Origin: Ginglymostoma cirratum
Taxonomy: Eukaryota
Reading direction: 5' to 3'
DNA length: 64,000 nucleotides
Assembly: GCA_024137785.1 (NCBI GenBank)
Contig: JAHRHZ010000144.1
Location: forward strand, 36,482,672-36,546,671
The translations under genes and the position numbers were made by a program. Below the pieces are notes generated by a model. The model did no database searches. It saw only the letters and a list, made by a program, of their open reading frames with translations, and had not been told where the DNA came from. Positions 54,101-63,100 of this stretch are shown here, in pieces. The stretch's first letter is position 1; every line of letters starts with the position of its first letter.

Positions 54101-57100
54101 TATGTCTTCCGTGTGGCTGCCACAAACCGCTTTGGTATTGGATCATTTTTACAGTCTAGCATCGTGGAGTGCAAGAGTGCCATAAGTAAGTTAATTTATT
54201 TTACTAGCAATTAAAGATATCATGATATTAAGTTGCAGACCATTTCACCTTCAATCCCATCCTATGACATTGTAGTCTCTTGATTGTGTTAATTATAAAT
54301 GATTTCAAGAACGGAAATTGTGATAATTAAACAATGATTAGACTCAGTAATTAGACAAACGTTTAGACCTGCCAACTTTCACAAATTTATACAAGAGATA
54401 CAATTTCTATGCAAGATTAAGTCCATGTCATGATCTCACAGGAAGGCTCTGAAGTCTTCAGGTTTTAAAAGTTGTGTATATCTTGAGGTAAAATTGAGGT
54501 GAACATGATGTTTCTGTCCGCTGTTGCATGCTGATGCTCAAGCATTGCCACAATGATTTCTTCTGTATTTCAAAGTCTATTACCATAGCAACTTGAATCA
54601 CATGGACATTCTATCCCAGAGATACTGATTAGCTATTCTTGAAACTGTCTCTTACCTTGGAGATAAACAGCCAGTTTAAAGCACAACTGTTCACACACAT
54701 CGTCTTAACTTTGGAATCTTTTTCTGTCCCAGTAAATCAGTCTTGGGCTCTCTTTAATCTATCACAATCAAACTACCCAAGTATGCTGCCTAGTAGACTT
54801 CAGGACAGGTCATATGAGCCTCTTATTTTACCTGAAAGAAACTGCCAAAACTTAACAATCCTATAAACCTAATCAATGAAACAGAGTCTATTATGTAGAA
54901 ATAGGTTGTTCAGACAAACTGATCCATTTATGTTTTCATGTGAACCTCCTCCCACCTTATTACAGCTAACCCTATCAGCATATCATTCTAGTTCTTCCTG
55001 TATTATGAATTTATGATCGGGAATACCGTTTTGAAAGAATGATGGAAGCTTCTGGAATAGTAATGTATAAACGGCATTAGATAAATGTACAAGGAACAAA
55101 AAAGGGGTTAAGGGGAGAAGTAGGAGAAATGTGACTAATTGGATGACTTTATCAGCACAGCACAGTAGGCCAAATGTATCATTCTATTAATACACACAGG
55201 GATAATAGGATTTTTAAGAATTATTTTTCTATTAAGAATTCTGGATGGAGTAACACATATTTTGTGACAATCTGTTGCCCATTTTAGATCAAATATACCA
55301 CTAATGAGACTTGTAACCCAATGTCAATCCATAATGGTTTTTGTTTTAAAAAAAGGCACTCATGGTTTCTATATTGAATTTCCCACTTTTGAAGAAACTG
55401 ATCCTTGATTTATCATATGATGTGTTGGTGTAACTTAAATGTTTCTTTCGCTGTTAAGAGGACTGTTTCCTGAGCCAAAAGAACTGATAGAGTTTGCAAA
55501 AATCTGAATCATTGTACATCTAAGAAACATTTTGAGCATCATTCCCACACTGATCACTAAAATGATTTTATGTGAGATAAGGTACATTCATCCCTCTTTC
55601 CCCAATAGATATACCTGGACCTCCTGGTACTCCTCACGTGTTTGATGTCTCTCGTGATGGCATGACAATTACTTGGGAACCACCAATTGAAGATGGAGGT
55701 TCAGTGATCAACGGGTACATAATTGAACGGAAAGAACTAAAAGCTGACCGATGGGTGAGAACCAACAAAGTACTTGTGACTATGACAAGATATCGTTCCA
55801 CTGGTCTTATAGAAGGATTAGAGTATGAACATCGCGTGACAGCTGTGAATGCAAGAGGTGCAAGTAAACCCAGCAGACCCTCCAAATCTGCAGTTGCTAT
55901 GGACCCAATAGGTAATGTCATACAATGTCAAAGACTAACCAACAGATTTCCATTTTTATAAATTATTTCTACAACTAAAATTTGTTTTGTTTCTAAAATA
56001 CTTAAGGAAGATACTGATCTTTACCGTGGTACTGGGTGGCCAGACCTGAAAGTATTAACGATTAATTCTAAATAGTAGTAAAATTGTAAAGCACTCTTTA
56101 TTGAATATTCTGTATCAATCACTTTATGTAATTTTACTGTCACAGCTTTGATTTCCCTTGTTGTTAAAGTTGGAAAAGCACAGCGGCTATATGTAAACTG
56201 ACTTCATTATTCAAAGTTCTTTAAATGTTTAGAATAATTTACCAAGGGTAATGATGCTAAATGAATCACTTCACCGTAAACCTAATCATGATCGACTAAC
56301 ATATCATAAACCAAAGAACAAAGCTCAACTTTTCTACCTGCTTAATTTGCTCACAACTTTAAATTGCTCAGTACTTTGTATAAATTTACATGATTATACT
56401 ATTTACAACAAGAAATGAATCATTTGTTATGTTATATAGATCCACCTGGCAAACCACAGAATCCAAGAGTTTCAGACACAACAAGAACATCTGTATCTGT
56501 GGCTTGGAATCCACCAGAAGACGAAGGAGGTTCCAAGGTCACAGGATACCTTATTGAGATGCAGAAGGTTGATCAATATGAATGGACTAAGTGCAACACT
56601 ACTCCAACAAAGATCTGTGAATACACACTGACTCATATGCCACAGGGAGCTGAATACAGGTTCCGTGTTATGGCTGTTAATGCTGGTGGTCCTGGTGAAC
56701 CTGCTGATGTGCCAGGAACTGTTAAAGTCACTGAAATGCTAGGTGAGAAATGCTGAAATTGTTGTACTTCATGTCCTATTAGTTTTGTGTTATTTAGCTG
56801 TGCCATATTTTAGGCTCTGTTCTAACCTATAATTGATATTATTAACAGTCAAGTCTGTTGAATTATAAAGTGAACATTCAGAGTTGTCAGCAATCCAAAA
56901 ATGCCAACTAACAGTCTGAAAGGGAATGTCTATCCTCTGATTCACTTGCTGCGATATGATTTGTATTTCCTTATCAGAAAATCGGTGCATGCAATTGCTG
57001 AAGTGACTAAACGAAGACATCTTAAAGTTCAGATATCTTCAATGGTCGTTAGTTAAAAAGGCTTTTAAATGCCATTTCCCATCCATTAGTAGTTGAACCC

Positions 57101-60100
57101 ACAATGATGAAAGGAAAGGTTCGGGGTGAGGGGCTGGGGGGTGCTGTATGCTTACAGCCACGTATGCACTTTTGAAGCACTTCCCAAGTCATGTCTGAAA
57201 AGCACCTAAATTGGAAATGCCATGTTTTGAACTGACTTGATTAATGATATAGGTAAACTGAGCATAGGATGTCTCAATGTATGATTTGGATTTTTGTTTA
57301 TTAAAGTCGGATTTCTTTTCTTTTCAGAATATCCTGATTATGAACTTGACCATCAATACCTTGAGGGTCTGACTGTAAGACAAGGTGGGGTGATCAGGCT
57401 AACAGTGCCCATAAAAGGCAAACCTATTCCCATCTGCAAATGGACAAAGGAAGGCCGTGATATTAGCATGCGTGCAATGATTGCCACTTCTGAAACGCAA
57501 ACTGAACTTGTAATAAAGGAAGCAGATAGAGAGGATTCAGGCACATATGACTTGATTCTTGAAAACAAATGTGGCAAAAAGACAGCGTATATTAAGGTGA
57601 AAGTCATTGGAAATCCTGATCCTCCACAAGGACCACTCGAATTTGATGATATTCAAGCTCGTTCTGTTAGGGTCAGTTGGAGACCTCCTGCTGATGATGG
57701 TGGATCTGATATTGTTGGCTACATTGTTGAGAGACGTGAAGTACCCAAAACAGCCTGGTACACAGTTGATTCCAGAGTAAAGGAGAATTCTATATTTGTA
57801 AAAGGCCTGAAGGAAAATGTGGAATACCACTTCCGTGTCTCTGCTGAAAACCAGTTTGGTATTAGCAAAGCTCTGAAATCAGAAGAGTCGGTTATACCAA
57901 AGACACCACTAAGTAAGTAGAACAGTGTTTATTTTAGTCTTAAGGTAAATGTTATGTTATCTTACCCTTGAATTTAAATGCTTAATTTTTCACACACTAG
58001 CTAATTCATTACTGTCATTCTAGATCCTCCAGAGCCTCCAAGCAATCCACCAGAAATACTAGATGTCACCAAAACATCTGTCAGCCTGTCCTGGTCAAGG
58101 CCAAGGGATGATGGTGGATCACGTGTCACTGGCTATTTTATTGATCGCAAAGAGTCTACCACAGATAAATGGGTGCGGCAAAACAAGACCCAAGTTACCA
58201 CAACAATGTATACTGTTACTGGACTTGTCCCAGATGCTGAATATCAATTCCGTATTATGGCACAGAATGACATAGGTCTTAGTGATCCAAGCCCACCATC
58301 TGATGCTGTCCTATGCAAGGATCCATTTGGTAGGTTTAATTGCTTTTATATAAATCCATTGTATGAATATGCAGTTTATAAATTTCAACTACAGCACAAT
58401 TGCTAGATCTTAAAATCATTATATTTAAGTTAATATAATTTGAACAATTATTTTTCACAGATAAACCAAGCCAACCCGGAGAGATTGAGGTGATTTCTGT
58501 CATGAAGGATAGTATCACTATAGAGTGGGAACGTCCTGAATGTGATGGTGGCAAGGAAATTATTGGTTACTGGGTTGAATATCGCCAGTCTGGTGACAGT
58601 GCATGGAAGAAATGTAACAAGGATCGAATAAAAGACAGACAATTTACACAAGGTGGTCTTCTGGAAGCCACAGAATATGAATTCAGGGTCTTTGCAGAGA
58701 ATGAGACTGGCATTAGCAGACCTCGTAGAACCCTTATGGCTATCAAGACTAAATTGACTTGTATGTACTTTTATTCATATTTTAATATAATCTATTCTTG
58801 TCCTGTTAGAAATGACTCCTGCTCATGGCTTCTTTTATCTCACCAACAGCTGGAGAAGAACCATGTGTTAAACAAGAAATTGCTGAAGTTATTGCTAAGC
58901 TAGGTGAGCCAGCTAAACTGACCTGCCAGATCATTGGTAGACCACTTCCTGAAATTAGATGGTATCATTTTGGAAAAGAATTGCAACAAAGCCGCAAGTA
59001 CAAAATTAGTTCAGATGGACGTAATCATTCCCTTACCATTATGACGGATGATCAGGATGACGAAGGCTTATATACATGCAAGGCTACTAATGATGCTGGA
59101 GAAACTGAGGTCAGTGGTAACGTTTTGCTCGAGGCTACTCCACAATTCCATCCTGCGTTCCCATTGAAAGAGCAATATCTTGTCGGTGTTGGTACAAGTC
59201 TTCGCATTCATGTTGTATACATTGGGCGTCCTGTGCCTGCTATTCGCTGGTTCCATGGAAAGAAACCCTTGACGGATTCAGATAACATTTCAATAGAAAA
59301 TACAGAACACTATACTCATCTTGTAGTGAGAAATGTTACACGAAAGAATCATGCTGGAAAATATAAAGTGCAACTTGGCAATACATTCGGAACAATTGAT
59401 GCAACATTTAATGTTGAGATCCAAGGTAATGTATAGTAAAATTATATTGTAGATATTGTGAGATAATTTCACTCAAATAGTATATCTAATACCATCTATA
59501 TTTACTTATAGATAAACCAGATATGCCAGAAGGACCAATCGCAATTGACGCTTTGCTGAAGAATTCTGCAGTAATCAGTTGGAAACCACCACTTGATAAT
59601 GGAGGTGCTATGGTTACAAACTACATTGTGGAAAAATGTGAAGCCAAGGAAGGTGAAAAATGGCACCTAGTGTCATCCTCAATTGCTGGCACATCTTGTA
59701 GAATTGTAAATCTCATTGATGGTGCTGGTTACTACTTCCGTGTTTCTGCTCAGAATCAGTTCGGCATCAGCGAACCATTAGAGGTTTCCTCTGTTGTCAT
59801 CATCAAGAGTCCATATGGTAAATATTTACATAAACTAAGTTGTTACATGTCCATTCTCTTCCTGTGTCTTGAATTGTAATATATACACTTTATTCCTTCC
59901 TGCAGAGAAGCCTGGAATACCAGCTAAGCCTGTCGTAACTGCGGTCACAAAGAACTCTTGTGTGGTTTCATGGAAACCACCTGCCAGTGATGGTGGAGCA
60001 AAGATCAGAAATTATTACCTTGAAAAACGAGAAAAGAAACAGAATAAATGGATCGCTGTAACAACTGATGAAATACATGAAACCGTTTACTCTGTGAAAG

Positions 60101-63100
60101 GCCTTATCGAGGGCTTGGAGTATGAGTTCCGTGTCAAATGTGAAAACCTTGGTGGTGAGAGTGACTGGAGTGAAATATCCGAACCTGTTGTTCCAATGTG
60201 TGATGTACCCATCACAGCACCACAGTTCAAGGAAGAAATACGCAATTTGAGTGTGAAATATAAGAGCACTGCCACTTTTGTTTGCAAGGTTACTGGTCAT
60301 CCTAAACCTGTTGTGAAATGGTTTAAACAAGGGAAGGAAATTGAGCCTGATGGTGAAAAATTAAAGATCCAAGAATTCAAAGGAGGATACCACCAGTTGG
60401 TAATTACTAATGCCACAGGAGACGATGCCTCAGTTTATCAAGTTCGAGCAGTCAATCAAGGAGGTTCCATTTCATCAACCGTCTCTTTGGATGTTGATGG
60501 TATGTATCACATAGTAATTACTTAAGCATGCTGTATTGTGGCAAGAAGGTATATTTCTATAAACATATGGGATGCAGTCAATACTGGGTTAGTGCAAAAT
60601 GGATCAACATCTCATTTTGGCGCCAGTGATTTTCTTTTATATTGATTTACCTTTCCATTGAAATCAATGGAAACAAAAAATGTGGATGGACATAAAACTG
60701 TTGCCCATTTTGCTCCTGAGACTAGCTTCGTCCATGATAAGTTCATTGTTTTACATCGTATTACCGCCTTTCAGTATTTACATTCGTTATTAAAACTTTT
60801 CCTTCTGTTTCCAGTTCCTGCCAAGATTCATCTACCCAAGCATCTGGAAGGCATGGGTGCAGTTCATGCTCTCCGTGGTGAAATAATAAGCATCAAGATT
60901 CCTTTCAGTGGCAGACCTGATCCCGTAATCACATGGCAGAAGGGTCAAGATCTTATTGATAACGATGGTCACTACCAAGTGATAGTGACAAGATCATTTA
61001 CATCTCTTGTGTTCCCTAACGGAGTTGACAGAAAAGATGCTGGTTTCTATGTTGTATGTGCCAAGAACAGATTCGGCATTGATCAACAAACGGTTGAATT
61101 GGATGTGGCTGATGTGCCTGACCCACCAAGAGGACTTCAAGTCAGTGACATTACACGTGATTCTGTTGTTTTAACATGGAATCCCCCTGCTAATGATGGT
61201 GGAAGCAGAGTGATTAACTATGTTATTGAAAAGTGCGCAACAACAGCAGAGATGTGGATTCGTGTTGCACAGTCACGTGATACGCACTACACTGTTGTGA
61301 ATCTCTTTGGCAAGACCAGCTACCAGTTCCGTGTGATTGCTGAGAACAAGTTTGGCCAGAGTCAGCCATCAGAGCCAACTGAACCTATAATCACTAAAGA
61401 AGATAAGACGAGAGTGCTGAACTATGATGAAGAGGTTGCTGAATCACTAGAGATTACCAAATGCAAAGCTACCCATTCTACTATTAAAGAACTTCACAGT
61501 CGATTCACAATTGCTGAAGAGCTGGGGCGTGGACACTTTAGTATTGTCCATCGGTGTATTGAAAATTCTAGTAAGAAAACATACATGGCAAAGTTTGTTA
61601 AAATAAAGGGTGCTGATCAGGTGCTGGTGAAGAAAGAAATTGAAATTCTTAATATTGCCAGGCACAAGAATATTCTTTGGTTATATGAATCGTTTGAAAG
61701 CCTTGAAGAATTGGTCATGGTCTTTGAGTTCATTTCTGGTCTTGATATCTTTGAGCGTATTAATACAACCACCTTTGAACTGAATGAAAGAGAAATTATC
61801 ACTTATACCCGCCAGATCTGCGAAGCACTAGACTTCCTACATAGTGAGAATGTGGGCCATTTTGATATCCGACCAGATAATATAATCTTCACCACAAGAA
61901 AGAGCTCTTTTATTAAGATTGTTGAACTTGGACAGGCCAGACAACTCATACCTGGCGATAATATTAGACTCCAATTTACTTCTGCAGAGTATGCAGCCCC
62001 TGAACTCCATCAACATGACATGGTCAGTTCAGCTACTGACATGTGGTCAGTGGGTGTGCTTGTGTATATACTTCTTAGTGGTCTGAATCCATTTATGGCT
62101 GAAACAAACCAACAAGTTATTGACAAAATTATTCAAGCAGAATACAGCTTTGAGGATGAAGCTTTCCAAGATGTTACCACTGAAGCTCTAGATTTCATAG
62201 ATCGCCTTTTGGTCAAAGAAAGGAGGGCTCGGATGACAGCTGCTGAAGCTCTTGAACATCCATGGTTGAAACAGAAGACAGAAAAAATGAGTACCAAAGT
62301 AATTAAGACATTGAGACACAGAAGATACTATCAGACCCTAGTTAAGAAAGAATTGAACGTTGTTGTGTCTGTTGCTCGAATTTCTTCTGGCGGAGCCGTA
62401 AGAGTTCAAAGAGGAGTTACAGTTGCGAAAGTTAAGATAGCTCCAATTGACATTGGTCCAATTACTGGGCAGATAATGCATGCTTTTGCTGAAGAAGGTG
62501 GCCATGTCAGGTATACCTGCAGGATAGAAAATTATGATCAATCTACTGAAGTCACTTGGTACTTTGGTGTCAGGCAACTGGAATCCAGTGACAAATATGA
62601 AATTACATACCAAAACGGTTTGGCAACAATGTATGTTAAAGACATAAACAAGACAGATGATGGCACTTACAGATGCAAAGTCGTAAATGACTATGGTGAA
62701 GACAGCTCCTACGCAGAACTGTTTGTAAGTGGTGTCAGGGAAATGCGTAAATTCTACATGGAGCGCAGGGTGAAGAAAGTAAAACGTAAAGTTGACACTA
62801 TGAGGCTCCTGGAGAGGCCACCGGAGTTTACCCTGCCTTTGTACAAGCGCTCTGCATATATTGGAGAAGATGTCCGATTTGGTGTTACTATAACAGTTCA
62901 CCCTGAACCACGAGTAACTTGGTTGAAATCTGGACAGAAGATCAAACCCGGCGAAGATGACAGAAAATATACTTTTATATCCGACAAAGGCCTTTATCAA
63001 CTGATCATACACAACCTAACAACTGATGATGATGCTGAATACACCGTACTAGCTCGCAATAAATATGGTGAGGACAGCTGCAAAGCCAAATTAACAGTAT

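Larger units (their letters stand above)
7995..58760 (+). repeat. TTN: C-zone: eleven 11-domain super-repeats (Ig-Fn-Fn-Ig-Fn-Fn-Fn-Ig-Fn-Fn-Fn)
   Basis: First-Ig signature (PEIxLDxxLRK...VRAG-like) at ~7995, 17393, 23579, 26831, 30077, 33323, 36572, 39806, 44411, ~48136 and 52316. Confidence 0.9.
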
